Of a stretch of 35,899 nt of DNA, positions 21,986 through 34,804 are shown in pieces. Position 1 is the stretch's first letter. The number at the start of each line of letters is the position of its first letter. The notes beneath the pieces were generated by a model. The model saw only the letters and a list, made by a program, of their open reading frames with translations, was not told where the DNA came from and did no database searches. The DNA lies in NCBI RefSeq assembly GCF_006345805.1, contig NW_021831906.1, positions 1-35,899 on the forward strand, in the 5' to 3' direction. Made by a program: the position numbers and the translations under genes. The DNA comes from Octopus sinensis. Taxonomy: Eukaryota.

Positions 21986-22412
21986 TCTTAATAAAAATAA
22001 CAATAATATTTTGAAAAGGATTGACGTAACTCTTCACAAAGGTAAACAGTCAACACGACGAGCGTGATTCGATTGTAAGATATTTTATTAGTTGAAAAAT
22101 ATTTCAACAGTAAGTCTGTCTGTGTCAAGTTCAATATAAGAAGTGATAAAAATTCAAATTTACAGAAATCTAAACGTATTTGAATGGTACGAAATCCATT
22201 GGTCGAAGACTGGGTTCAACACTGGGGTCTAGCGAAACTAACAGGTCTGAGAAGCCAACTGTGAGAAGGAATAAAACGCAAAAGCTGTAAAATTTCTGTA
22301 ATTTTGAATTTTTATCACTTCTTATTTTGAACTTGACAAAGACAGACGTAGTGAGAAATATCTTTCAACTAATAAAATATCTTACAATCGAATCGCGCTC
22401 TTCGTTCTTGAC

Positions 22413-22481
<69 letters not shown>

Positions 22482-23166
22482 CAACAACAACAACAACAAC
22501 AACGACAACAATAATTGATGAGCAGCGGGGCATGGGCAGGTAGCTGGATACACCAAGTTGACGCTGGTGATGGAGTCAGAGCATTTGGTGGGAACATTAG
22601 TCGGATTTATAAGCCTTTTTAGATGTTTCTTTGCTGTGAGGAAAAAGAAAGATATGGCAATTTAGGCAAGGCTCTTTATCAAACTTTAATATTATTTACA
22701 ATTTTATCAATCCATTTATTTATTATTTACTTTTACATTTTCAGATTTTTGTATAATTTATGGAGGTTTGGTTGCTTTTTCGAGAAGTGAGTCATGTGAT
22801 TTCACCATAGACGGCAAACTGATACAGACACAACATATTTTCCGCCATCTGCAATAGTTATAGCACATGAACCATGTCATATTCTTTCAAATTTGAAGCC
22901 ATAAGCGAATATAGAGGGAAACACCTACGTATACAAAACACGAATCGGAAGCATAGTAGAGAAACGCTTAACCTATGTATTCTGGATAGACACTTCACGT
23001 ATAATTCTAAACCAGCAGTCCTCAAACGTGGTCCATATGACCCTTGGGGCTTCATGTGACCTTTACAGGTCCATATAAAATTTTTTTTGTAAAAATTAAT
23101 GTGCAGTAAATTGGTTACATTTTTAATATAGACAAAATGTTTAATAACGTTTTTAACATATTTCCT

Positions 23167-23340
23167 GGGCGAGCTAGCAGCGTCGTTAGCGCATCAAGCA
23201 AAATGTTTGTCTTTAAGACCTAAGTTCAAATTCCGCCGAGGTCTACTTTGCCTTTCATCATTTCGGGGTCGGCAAATTAAATACCAGTAGAGCACTGGGG
23301 TCGATGTAATCGACTCGTTCCCTACCCTAAAATTTCAGAA
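23167..23340 (+). mobile_element. SINE family C
   Basis: gggcgagctagcagcgtcgttagc...agttcaaattccgccgaggtc...ctggggtcgatgtaatcgact. Confidence 0.85.
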
Positions 23341-23373
23341 AGCATTATTGTTGTAATTCAGGTTAACAGTTTT

Positions 23374-23480
23374 GAAGGAGAAGTTGGTCGATACTATCGA
23401 CTCTAGCTCTTGTTTAGTACTTCATTTTATCAACCTAGAAAGAATGGAAAGCCAAGCCGACCTCACAGAGACCTGAGCGC
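23374..23480 (-). mobile_element. SINE family C, strongly degenerate, inverted relative to 23167
   Basis: gtcgatactatcgactctag...tagtacttcattttatcaacctagaaagaatggaaagccaagccgacctc. Confidence 0.55.
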
Positions 23481-23630
23481 TCTCGTGATTCTGGCAATTC
23501 AATAATAAATAAAAGATGACACTGATGCGAAGTATTTAAGCAGAAGACGGTTTAACAGAGCAGCGTTGCGGACAAAGCAATTGTCTTGTCATCTAATGAA
23601 GGGTCTGTCTGTGAAATAGGGTAGGGGGGG

Positions 23631-24035
23631 ATGAAAAGGGGAAGAAGGAGAAGGAGAAGAAGAAGAAGAAGAAGAAGAAGAAGAAGAAGGAAAAGAAGAA
23701 GAAAAAGAAGAAAAAGAAGAAGAAAAAAAAGAAGGGGAAGGAGAGGAAGAGGAGAAGAAGAAGGAATAGAAGATGAAGAAGAAGAAGAAGAAGAAGAAGA
23801 AGAAGAAGAAGAAGAAGAAGAAGGAGAAGGGGAAGAAGAAGGTGATGATGATGATGATAAAGAAGGCAAAGGAGATGAGGAAGAAGGTGGTGGTGGTGAT
23901 GATGATTTTGATGGTAATGATGATGATAAAGAAGGCAAAAGAGATGAGGAAGTAGAAAAGAAGAAGAAGAAGAAGAAGAAGAAGAAGAAGAAGAAGAAGA
24001 AGAAGAAGAAGAAGAAGAAGAAGAAGAAGAAGAAA
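23631..24035. repeat. (GAA/GAG/GAT)n purine-rich microsatellite
   Basis: Read directly. Confidence 0.95.
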
Positions 24036-25013
24036 GCTGTAGTTTGGTTGCTATGAAAGTGTTTGAGATTATACCTGTTGTTGTTGTTGGTGGTGGTAGT
24101 GGTGGAGGAATTATAGTTGTTTGCTGACGATAGCAATGGCGGTAAACCGAAGGATAGTGAAAAGGGAAGCTATTGGTTTTTTTGGAGGTGATAGGTGGTA
24201 ACTGGGATGCTAGTTAGTAAGAATGTGCGTGCGTGTGTGTGTGTGTGTGTGTGTGTGCGTGCGTGCGTGCGTGTGTGTGCGTGCGTGCGTGTTGTGTGTG
24301 TGTGTGTGTGTGTGTCGCACGCGGTGAGTGGTATTTAGAAATAGTGTGTGGTGGTTTTTCCGAAATGTCAGCGGTCACAGAAGACAAAACGTCAAGTCAT
24401 TAAACAAATTTACCTACAAAAATCATAAATAAGAAGAATAAAACAGAAATAAGAAAAATACATAAAAACAAAAACAAACATTAAAATAATGATTTTTAAG
24501 TATGTAGAGTTGTGTCTTCGTGTATGTACGTAAATGTATATACACACATATACACACGTTATAATACGCGTGTGAGTATTCATATATGTATGTGTGCGTC
24601 AGTGTCAGTATTCATATGTGGATGAGCGTCCATATGTGTGTGTGTGTATGTGTGTGTGTGTGATTGTATATGTGTGCATGTATGCTTATATATGCATAGA
24701 TGCTTACATATACATATATGCGTGTGGTTGTATATGTATGATTATATATACATATGTATGTGTGTATAGCTTTGTATACACGTGTAGTTTTTGTATGTGT
24801 TGTATGTGAATTGTAGAGACGTATTACAGTGTTATATTGTAGGTAGGGTACCTTATCAAGATTCAAAACAGAAAGGGAGGGAATACGACACATACCTACA
24901 CACTTTCACATCTACATAAGCGCATACTCGTATCCATACATATACCGGTACATTCATAAATACATACACACACACCTATAACTATATATATATACATACA
25001 TATATATATATAT

Positions 25014-25047
<34 letters not shown>

Positions 25048-25084
25048 AATATATAAAACGTGACCGAACAAACCATCAGATATT

Positions 25085-25184
25085 TTCGCTCAATAAACAC
25101 TCACAACGCCCGGTCTGGGAATCGAAACCGCGATCCTACGACCGCTAGTCCGCTGCCCTAACCACTGGGCCATTGTGCCTCCAC
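25085..25184 (-). mobile_element. tRNA-derived SINE head (family M-like), body missing
   Basis: Matches 13005-13102 (ctaaccact.ggcca.tgtgcctccac; cccggtctg.ga.tcgaa.ccgcgatcc). Confidence 0.8.
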
Positions 25185-25190
25185 ACACAC

Positions 25191-25250
<60 letters not shown>

Positions 25251-25255
25251 ATATA

Positions 25256-25298
<43 letters not shown>

Positions 25299-25394
25299 AT
25301 GTTTATACATATATAACATATATGAATACCTATAAAATACATATACATATATGTATATATATATTCGTATCTTATATGTATATACAAATGTATA

Positions 25395-25485
<91 letters not shown>

Positions 25486-25862
25486 TTCGTCTGTGTAAAT
25501 AGGTGTTTAGGTATGTGTGTATGTATGCACTTGGAATCATACCTACATACAGAAGTACACAAGCATTTATGAGGTAAACTGAAGACAAAACCAAAACCAT
25601 GTTCTATAAACACACACACAAACACATATAGATATATAGAAATATCATACACACACAAGCATATATGAATATGTATATATATATTTTATATATACATAAT
25701 ATATGTATATACATATATACTTATATACGTATGTGTGTGTGTATAAATTCCCACTATATATATATACATATAAATATGGATATATATATATGTATATATA
25801 TATATGTATATATATGTATATATACATATATATATTTACATATATGCATATATATACATATA

Positions 25863-25890
<28 letters not shown>
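25185..25890. repeat. (AT)n-dominated compound microsatellite region
   Basis: Read directly, with short unique interruptions. Confidence 0.9.
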
Positions 25891-25893
<3 letters not shown>

Positions 25894-26272
25894 TAGAGAT
25901 TGTTAAAGAAGCTGGAAGATAGCAAAGCAATATGAAATAAGAAAGAAAAAAAGAAATCAGGAAGGAAGGAAGAAAGAAGACAAAGAAAGAAAAAGGAAAG
26001 AAATAGATTGGTGACAGACATAATGAAATGGAAGAAGAAGAAGAAGAAGAAGAAGAAGAAGAAGAAGAAGAAGAAGAAGAAGAAGAGAAGAAGAAGAAGA
26101 AGAAGATGAAGAAAAAGAAGAAGGAGGAGGAGGAGGAGGAGGAGGAGAAGCAGTAGAATATAAAAGAAAAATAAGGAAAAGGCCAAATTTGACAAGAGAA
26201 TCATTGTAGTCTAGTCACCGAAAAAGATTCTCAGCCGTATAGTTTACATCTACATTATTGGTTAGCTTGTGA

Positions 26273-26328
<56 letters not shown>

Positions 26329-26639
26329 GTGTATGTGAATGTGTGTCTATACATACATACATACATACATGTGTGTGTGTCTACATACATGTACATATAT
26401 ATAATTATATGTATATATATATATATAGACAGATATATATGTATATGTATAATTATATTCATATTTGTGTATACGTGTATACATACATATCTACCTACCT
26501 ACCTACCTACCTACATATCTACCTACATACATATATACACACATACATACATACATATACATACATACATACATACATAAATATATATACATACATGTAT
26601 GTATGTATGTATACTCACGCACACACATACTGGACCGCT

Positions 26640-26805
26640 GAGATCTACAAGTTTATTTTCGTTCTGTCTTTGTTTTCTCTCATTCCTTACAGTTGTAGAA
26701 CGTAGGCTTGAAACGTAAAAGACTTCATTTTCACCAGCGTTAAGCTAATACACTTGCTTGTTGTTCATACACCTGTCTTCGTCTTTTGTTTCTCTATAAA
26801 TCCCA
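26640..26805 (+). mobile_element. Penelope-like terminus or derivative with decayed hammerhead core
   Basis: ttgtaga-acgtaggctt-gaaacgtaaaag (CUGANGA box with two substitutions) followed by a pyrimidine-rich tail laid out like 3040-3145. Confidence 0.35.
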
Positions 26806-26973
26806 TCTATCTATCTATCTATATATATATATACACACGCACACTCAAACGTACATATGTTATGTGTGTATTTGTGCTGTAAGTATGCATTGACATAGAA
26901 CAACACTAATTTCTCTGTTACTGACGCTCTTCTATTTTCTTCTCAGCACGCTTTTCTTCTGATGTGATATTCA

Positions 26974-27012
26974 AACTTTCTGAAGAAGAGCTCAGTTCTG
27001 AAACACAAAGTT
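26974..27012 (+). ncRNA. Hammerhead-like motif, cleavage triplet defective
   Basis: aacttt-CTGAAGA-agagc-tca-gttct-GAAA-cac-aaagtt: stem I 6 bp and stem II 5 bp intact, but no U at the NUH position. Confidence 0.45.
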
Positions 27013-28216
27013 ACTTCTACTTCCGTAATTTCTCATTATGCATCAAACAAATAATTTCCATTTCGTTCTCACATTGTCTTCTTTGGTTGCTATTCTTGTT
27101 ACTAATTTTGAATCTACACAAACATATGCACACACGCATTCGCACGAGCATACATGCAGATACTTGTATATCAATGAAGCTCAACGCACTAGAAAATTGT
27201 CCTGTATGCGCCGCTAATCACGAATGTATGGAATGGGAACAATGGATAAATACAATTAAGACAATGAAAAAAAATTTAGCTGTCATCAGCTGTATCTCTA
27301 AGTATTCTGCCAGTTTCGATACCTCAGTATAGAACTGGTAACTAAATGGCGAGAACAAGTCATTGATTATAGTTATTAGGCAATTAATTCAGTGGAGACG
27401 AGACAGAAATAACAAGTGAAACATGATGTGGAATCGCTGAAACTCGAATGGACGAAAAAATATATCGTTAAGACTAGTGAAAAAATTGAAACTTATATCT
27501 ATTTCATTTCACCACAAAATTCGGTATTTTTCATTTTTTTTCTGTTCTTGTTGCTAGTTTTAATCCCACATCTCACTGTCCTTGCTTTTTGTCCGTCCGA
27601 GTCGCTAAAACATAACTACCTGTTTCTTTTGTATCAATTGCAGTACTATCGTATTTAATGGCTTGTTGACGCCATTAAGGTGGCGAAATAGCTAATGATT
27701 TCAAAGGTGATAAGAGTATACGGATGTGTACAGCTCACAATTCGATGTTGTATCAATAGTTTTTCTTGTTTTCGTATTGCGATAACATCGTAACTATATC
27801 ACCGAAGTTCAGTTTAGTGGTAATCTGTTTTGTGATATAGGTCACTCAGTTCTGTGATAATCCAAAGAATCCTTTCATCTAATTTACAGAAGTAGAGTGT
27901 TTGTTGTATTATATTCTAAATAGCATATGTATGTTTTATGAAGCTTGTTCCTAAAAATTTGGGTTATTGACAGTCAGCTTAAGTTGTCTTTTAATGATAT
28001 CTGCTTGTCAGTTACTGCATCCGGTATTGATTAATATTTGAATAATTCTAAACATTTCTACATCGATTAGATTTTCGGATGGAATGTATTAAGTGCACTA
28101 TTTGCAGAAGCGATAGAAATATTAGTATCACTACCCTCCATACACACGCATACACACACGTCTCTATGCAAGTGTGTGTATGTATGTATGTACATAGGCA
28201 TGGTTGAGATAGGCTC

Positions 28217-28400
28217 AAGCGTGGCTCTGTAGTAAGTTTGCTTTCCAGTCACATGGTTTCGGGTTCAATTCCACTGCGTGGCAACTTTCCCGAGTTTTTT
28301 TATCAAGTTGCCACTCGTTCAAGTGTCTTCTACTATAATCCTAGGCCAACCAAAGCCTTCTGAGTGGATTTAATAGACAAAAACGGAAAACATATCGTAT
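28217..28400 (+). mobile_element. SINE family A, 5' half, with small hairpin insertion
   Basis: acatggtttcgggttcaattccactgcgtggca...caagtgtcttctactata...ccaaagcctt.tgagtggattt. Confidence 0.8.
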
Positions 28401-28761
28401 ATATGTATGTGTGCGTATATATGTATGTGTGCGTATATATGTATGTGCAAAGACACACACATAGATGTTATACACACACACATATATTTATATATACATA
28501 TATAGTTATGGTATATGTTGTTAAGGACGTAGCACAGTACAATATGAAGCTCGTCCACCTTCAGATTTGAACTTACAGAGACAATATTTATATATCGTCT
28601 GACGAAACACAACTAGATCCCATAATGCATAATCAAGTACCTCCACGCCTGGATCACTATGTTGCGTGGAAACAATTGTGGTGATTAAAAATTTCATGTC
28701 CAAACGTACTCTTTCCTGTTGACTCCAATATTTTCAATTACATACATATATACTGTATATA

Positions 28762-29510
28762 CAGGGTGCGGTGAATAAACTGTTATCTAAATTACGTAAA
28801 ACCATAACACTGACATATCTTTTTAACATATATATTTACCAAATTTACATAAAAATATCTTGAAATACTAAAAAGTATACTTATACTGTAAAATCGCCAT
28901 TGGCTTCAACTACAGCCGCCAAACGACTTCGGAAACTACTGTAACTTTTCTGGACGGTCTCCTTCTTTAAATTGGTGAATGCTGCTATAATCCTTGCATT
29001 CAGTTCATCTTTGGTGTTAAAAGCAGTTTTGTTTGTCTTTCGCTCAACTGCGTCTCACACATAACAATGAAGGGAGTTAGGTAGCCAGATGCTAGGGGTG
29101 ATTAGGTTGCAGAAATTGTCTGACAGCCATGACTGGTTTCTCCTGCTTGTGTGGCATGGTACAAAATCCTATTGTCAGACACAGGCTTTTCCACATCAGC
29201 CACCCACTTGACCCACGGCAGCACTTCAGGCACTCGATATAGGCCTCCGTGTTGAGTGTGAGGCCTTGTGAGAAGATAAATGGGAGCACAACGTCACCAT
29301 CACTAGTGATCACCCCAAACGCCATGATGGTGACTGTATGTTTAATTTTTACACTCTCGGTACATGTTTTGGGGACGAGGTAAGCCAAAAACGTTTGTTC
29401 TGTGTGTTCACCATCTCATCCTGACAGAAATTTTTCTCGTTTGAGAAAAACGAAAGAATGTTCGGTTTGAAGGCATACTTAATGTGTTCGAGTTACGAAT
29501 GTGTTCAGAG
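28762..29510 (-). pseudogene. Tc1/mariner DD37D (maT-like) transposase 3' half with one terminal inverted repeat
   Basis: Minus strand reads FFSNEKNFCQD, TIMAFGVITSDGDVVLPFIFSQGLTLNTEAYIECL, FRSRLAAVVEANGDF; element end TA|cagggtg at 28760; frameshifted, 5' half absent. Confidence 0.8.
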
Positions 29511-30125
29511 TTTTATATTGTTCGTATGCTTGAGGAAAGAGTGACATTTCGTTGGGGATTATCTTTCTCTAACGATAGATGCAGTCTTTCTGCTGCTGAA
29601 CTACACTTTAAAGTAGTTTGCCCAAGTTATATACAGTGAATAGCTATGTGTTAGGGCATCTAGCCACACAGAGTGGCGCGCTTGCACACACACACACGTA
29701 GCTGACTATCTACATTTGCCTAGATAGGTCTGATATTACTGTTGAATAAAACGGGTTCCCGAACAGGGCTTTGAGAGACTTTGTAGAATATTTTCAGATA
29801 GGGTTCAGATGGCCTCCATCATTTGTTTCTTGTCTTTCCAGAAATGAAAGAATTAAACACTAAACACCCATGCCAAGATCCCTGTCGTAAGATTTTGTGG
29901 ACCATCGTTGCAAAAGTATGTAAACTCATGATATTGACTTTCATACTCTTTAGAAATTAACTGTGTTGGTGTAGAAGCCGTATCAGAGCTTCTGCGAACG
30001 AGTAAGCCATGTTGGGTGCTGTTAAAAGCTTCTACTGGTCTAAAGAGTTCGTTATCATTCTGCATATAAAACACGCTACAAATTTTGAAGGAGATATACG
30101 AAGCACAAGACTATGAATGCTTGCT

Positions 30126-30632
30126 TGTGCACTAGTGCCTGTGTTGTATGTATGTATGTATGTATGTATGTATGTATGTATGTATGTATGTGTGTATGTA
30201 TGTATGTATGTATGTATGTATGTATGTATGTATGTATGTACGTACGTACGTACGTATGTATGTATATATTTGTGTGTGTATGTACATATATGTATATATG
30301 TGTGTATGTATGTATGCATGCATGTATGCCTGTGTGTATGTATGCATGTATGTATGTATGCATGCATGTACGTATATTTGCATGTATGAATGTATGCATG
30401 TACTATGTAAGTTTGCATGCTTGTATGTATATATACATGTATGCATGTATGGATGTATGTGTGCATGTATGTATGCATGTATTTGTGTATGCATGTGTGC
30501 ATGTATTCATGTATGTATGTATGCAAGCATATATGTACGCATATGTACGCATGTATATATGCTTGTATGTTTGTGTGTATGCATGCTTGTATGTATGCAT
30601 ACATGTATGCACGCACCTAGGTATGTATGTAT
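30126..30632. repeat. Degenerate (TATG)n/(CATG)n tetranucleotide tract
   Basis: Read directly. Confidence 0.95.
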
Positions 30633-30930
30633 GGAAGCGTATGACTCAGTGGTTTGAGCATCGGGTTCGGAATCAGAAGGTAGTGTGTTCGATTCCCGGA
30701 CCGGGCTGTGTTGTGTTCTTTAGCTGTAGAAATGAGTTGCGACATCACTGACACCAAACTGTATCGGCCTTTGCCTTTCCCTTGGATGACATCAGTGGCA
30801 TGGCGAGGGAGGTTGGCATGCATGGGCGACTGTTGGTTTTCCATAAAAAATCTTGCCCGGACCTGTACCTCGGAGGGTAACTTTCTAAATGCAATCCCAT
30901 GGTCATTCATGACCGAAGGTAGGGGTCTTT
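30633..30930 (+). mobile_element. tRNA-headed SINE family N
   Basis: A box tgactcagtggtttgag, B box gttcgattccc, distinct body, terminal hairpin ggtca-ttca-tgacc (30901-30914); gaaatgagttg segment is reminiscent of the Deu/Nin domain (weak). Confidence 0.75.
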
Positions 30931-32407
30931 ACACATGTATGTATGTTTGTATTTATGTAAGTGTGCATGCATTATGTATGTATGCAAGCATTATGTATGT
31001 ATGTATGTATGTATTAATGTATGTATGTATGTATGTATGTATGTATGTATGTATGTATGTATGTATGTATGTGTATATATGCATACATTTTCTTTCGAAG
31101 ACACACACATGTATAAGCGTGTCTGTATGTACAATGTTTAATGAAGCAACTTTTTATTGATAATAAATTAAATTATAATCAAAGCGTTTATTGATGTTCA
31201 TCTAAACCTCAGAAATAAAAAAAAAACGGAATAAAAAATAAAAAATAAAAGAAAAACACACAAAACAACGCGATAAAGCAAAAAAAGGAATATATGCTTA
31301 TTGATAGTAAAATCAACTGAATTGATATACTGACTAAGAATTGATCACGAAATCGATAATTTCAACTTCTGCAAATCATTGGTGCTGCTACTAAAAATTG
31401 GTTCTTATAAGTGAAGTGAAAATATGCATCAAACCAAACTAATTATTGAAGTTACTAAACAAAGAACTTAAGGTTAAATATATTTTGTGTCTGTGAGCAC
31501 AACCTTTGGACGCCTAACTTTAATAAATACTAAATAGGATGGCGAATAAGGTTGAATTTGAACGCGTGAAGTTATTAAAATTAGCGTTCGTTGCATATAT
31601 TTTCTTAAAAAAACAAACAAACATTTATTTGTCTTTAAATTCTTCGTTTAATAACATGATTAATGACTTGTCTAGTTGGATCCATATTTTATTACACTAG
31701 TCGGAACCGATTTCTCTTTCACAGTGATAGCAGCACCAATGATCAGTAGAAATTCGAATTATCAATTACATGGAACATGATAAATTCGTAGATAACATAT
31801 CAAATAAGTTGATTTTATCATCAGTAGGCATATAACTATTTTCCCCGCATCTCCCCACCCCCCACACCAACCATCAATAAACAGTGTGATTTATACTTTA
31901 ATTTATTATCAATAAAAACAAAATGCTACTTGCTGCAAAAATGCGATCAATATACAATTTAAACTGTTTTAGTAGGGATATCATTAATCAAAAGACATTG
32001 AACTAGTTCCATGTTCCATCAAGCATCGATAATGTTTTCATAAAATATGTTTGGTAAAAACAAGAACAAGTAAAACGCCGACATGTTTTCACAGTATAAG
32101 GACTAAGGAACCCAGAGACATGCTCTGCATGAAAACTAACTGTGAAGTGCTAAAATATCTACAATTGCATCGTAGTTTGCTTGAGTCATGGTAGTCTGTG
32201 AATAACATAAACGCTTTTAAAAACTAAAATTTTAAACAAGGCAGGTGAGAAATTGGGCAAAATAGGCAAGGTGATACAAATAAATAAAAACAAAGAGAAG
32301 ATATTGTATTACCTTACATAGGTGGTCTAGTGATTCTGTTAGATTTCGGCAAAGATATTACTAATCAAATACAAGACTAATTAAATAATTCGGAAGAAGA
32401 TGGTGAT

Positions 32408-33097
32408 TATTCTTTTCTACTCTAGGCACAAGGCCCGCATTTTTGGGGTAGGGGGACAGTCGATTAGATCGATCCCAGTACGCAGCCGGTACTTAATTTA
32501 TCGACCTCGAAAGGATGAAAGGCAAAATAAACCTCGGCGGAATTTGAACTCAGGACGTAAAGACAGACAAAATACCTATTTCTTTACTGCCCACAAGGGG
32601 CTACACACAGAGGGAACAAACAAGGATAGACAAACAGATTAAGTCGATTATATTGACCCCAGTGCGTAATTAGTACTTATTTAATCGACCCCGAAAGGAT
32701 GAAAGGCAAAGTTGACCTCGACGGAATTTGAACTCAGAACGTAGCGGCAGACGAAATACCTATTTCTTTACTACCCACAAGGGGCTAAACACAGAGGGGA
32801 CAAACAAGGCCAGACATACGGATTAAGTCGATTACATCTACTCAGTGCATAACTGGTACTTAATTTATCGATTCTGAAAAGATGAAAGGCAAAGTCAACC
32901 TCGGCGGAATTTGAGCTCAGAACGTAACGACAGACGAAACACCGCTAAACATTTCGTCCGGCGTGCAAACGTTTCTGCCAGCTCATCGCCTTATGCTGAT
33001 TATTCTTTTCTACTTTAGGCACAAGGCCCGAAATTTTGGGGGAGTTGTCCAGTCGATTAGATCGACCCCAGTATACAATTAGTGCTTAATTTATCGA
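32408..33097 (-). mobile_element. Head-to-tail concatemer of family C SINE units (about 4 units)
   Basis: Units at about 32408-32576, 32577-32760, 32761-32992 and 33000-33097; only 32761-32992 retains the A box. Confidence 0.9.
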
Positions 33098-33200
33098 AGG
33101 AGCGCTGGCAGAGTGGTTGCATGGCTTCTTGGGGAACAAAGCTAGGACTGCAGTAGCCGGTGGGGCCCTCTCCTTGAAGACAGTGATGACTATGAGGATT
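33098..33200 (+). pseudogene. Short CR1 reverse-transcriptase fragment
   Basis: GALAEWLHGFLGNKARTAVAGGALS aligns with GDWLHDFLRQRSQAVTANGDLS at about 16835-16900. Confidence 0.55.
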
Positions 33201-33265
33201 ATACGGAGGTCGCATAGGTTGTCTAGGACACCACTTGAGGCTTGTCTTCTACAGAGAGACCGGGA

Positions 33266-33316
33266 TAATAATAATAATAATAACAATAATAATAATACAA
33301 TAATAATAATAACAAC

Positions 33317-33367
<51 letters not shown>

Positions 33368-33437
33368 TAATAATAATAAAATAATAATAATAATAATAAA
33401 TAATAACAATAATAATAACAATAATAATAATAACATA

Positions 33438-33473
<36 letters not shown>

Positions 33474-33546
33474 TAATAATAATAACAATAATATAATAAC
33501 ATAATAACTATAACATAATAATATAATTGAAGAATGAATATAATAC

Positions 33547-33588
<42 letters not shown>

Positions 33589-33682
33589 TAATAATAGATA
33601 ATTGAAGAATGACGATAATAATAATAATAATAATAATAATATAATAATAATAACAATAATAATAATAAATTGAAGAATGACG

Positions 33683-33725
<43 letters not shown>

Positions 33726-33766
33726 TAATAATAATAACAATAATAATAATAAATTGAAGAATGACG

Positions 33767-33806
<40 letters not shown>

Positions 33807-33959
33807 TAATAATAATAAATTGAAGAATGACGATAATAATAATAATAATATAATAATTAACAATAATAATAATAAATTGAAGAATGACGATAATAATAAT
33901 AATAATAATAATATAATAATAATAATAATAACAATAATAATAATAAATGAAGAATGACG

Positions 33960-33998
<39 letters not shown>

Positions 33999-34033
33999 TA
34001 ATAAACAAAATAATAATAAATTGAAGAATGACG

Positions 34034-34082
<49 letters not shown>

Positions 34083-34187
34083 TAAAAATAATAAATTTAA
34101 GAATGACGATAATAATAATAATAATAATAATATAATAATAATATAATAATAATAATAACAATAATAATAATAAATTGAAGAATGACG

Positions 34188-34244
<57 letters not shown>

Positions 34245-34254
34245 TAATAATAAT
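33266..34254. repeat. (AAT)n array punctuated by about 10 copies of aaattgaagaatgacgat
   Basis: Motif at about 33528, 33603, 33671, 33755, 33821, 33878, 33948, 34022, 34097, 34176. Confidence 0.92.
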
Positions 34255-34804
34255 AAATGCCCTGATGCAGTACCAGGCAGTGGCTCTCATGGCTTCTGAT
34301 CTTAACTGATTGGAAGTGTTATCATGTACATTGTTTTGTCTTGGTATAAAAAGATGGTTACAGCAAATATTCTGCCAATACCACAGATTTGCTTGTCAGT
34401 TGTTTGACCTTAACCAGTTGACCAGGTCCTTTGTGCCTGACGATATGTGCATCTCTGATCACGAGCAGAAGTAGTGGGGGAGCATCATAGCCATGTGTTG
34501 AGAGGGATTCTTTGGGGTTTGAATAATTCACCTCTGGAAACATGGGTGGTTCTTTCAACATCCTAAACAACCTTATTCAGGGACCTTTTGAGCGGAGCAT
34601 GAGCTACATAACCTGAAGAAAATTCTAACTGGGCCCACCTGCAAGGTCATGTGCTGTTTATCTTGATATGAGATCACATTTCGTGCACATATGGTTGTGA
34701 TGCATGTGCCTGGTGTACCCTATCAGAAGGGAGTCATGAGTGGGTATATTGGGCTTCGTATATTTTACCAGTGTCACTTGATGGCATGCACTGCTCTCTC
34801 ACTC

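Noticed and set aside
22993-23075. Possible hAT/Charlie-like terminus (cagcagtcctcaaacgtggtccat)
   Set aside because: No second terminus or 8-bp TSD identified
23631-24056. Poly-Arg/Glu/Lys ORF
   Set aside because: Translation of (GAA)n microsatellite with no unique sequence or splice support
26964-27332. ORF containing CPVC..NHEC, possible zinc finger
   Set aside because: Spacing fits no family I recognise; ORF starts in repeat sequence and includes a microsatellite
29954-30001. 48-nt plus-strand exon-like segment reading INCVGVEAVSELLRT, vaguely LRR-like
   Set aside because: Too short, isolated, no neighbouring LRR exons, and overlaps a competing minus-strand candidate
31709-31780. Plus-strand acceptor tttctctttcacag followed by a short open frame to a stop, possible terminal exon
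   Set aside because: Only about 18 codons, no homology recognised, no upstream exons supported
33266-34254. CRISPR-like appearance of constant repeat plus variable spacer
   Set aside because: Spacers are AAT runs, not unique sequence; eukaryotic context, no cas genes
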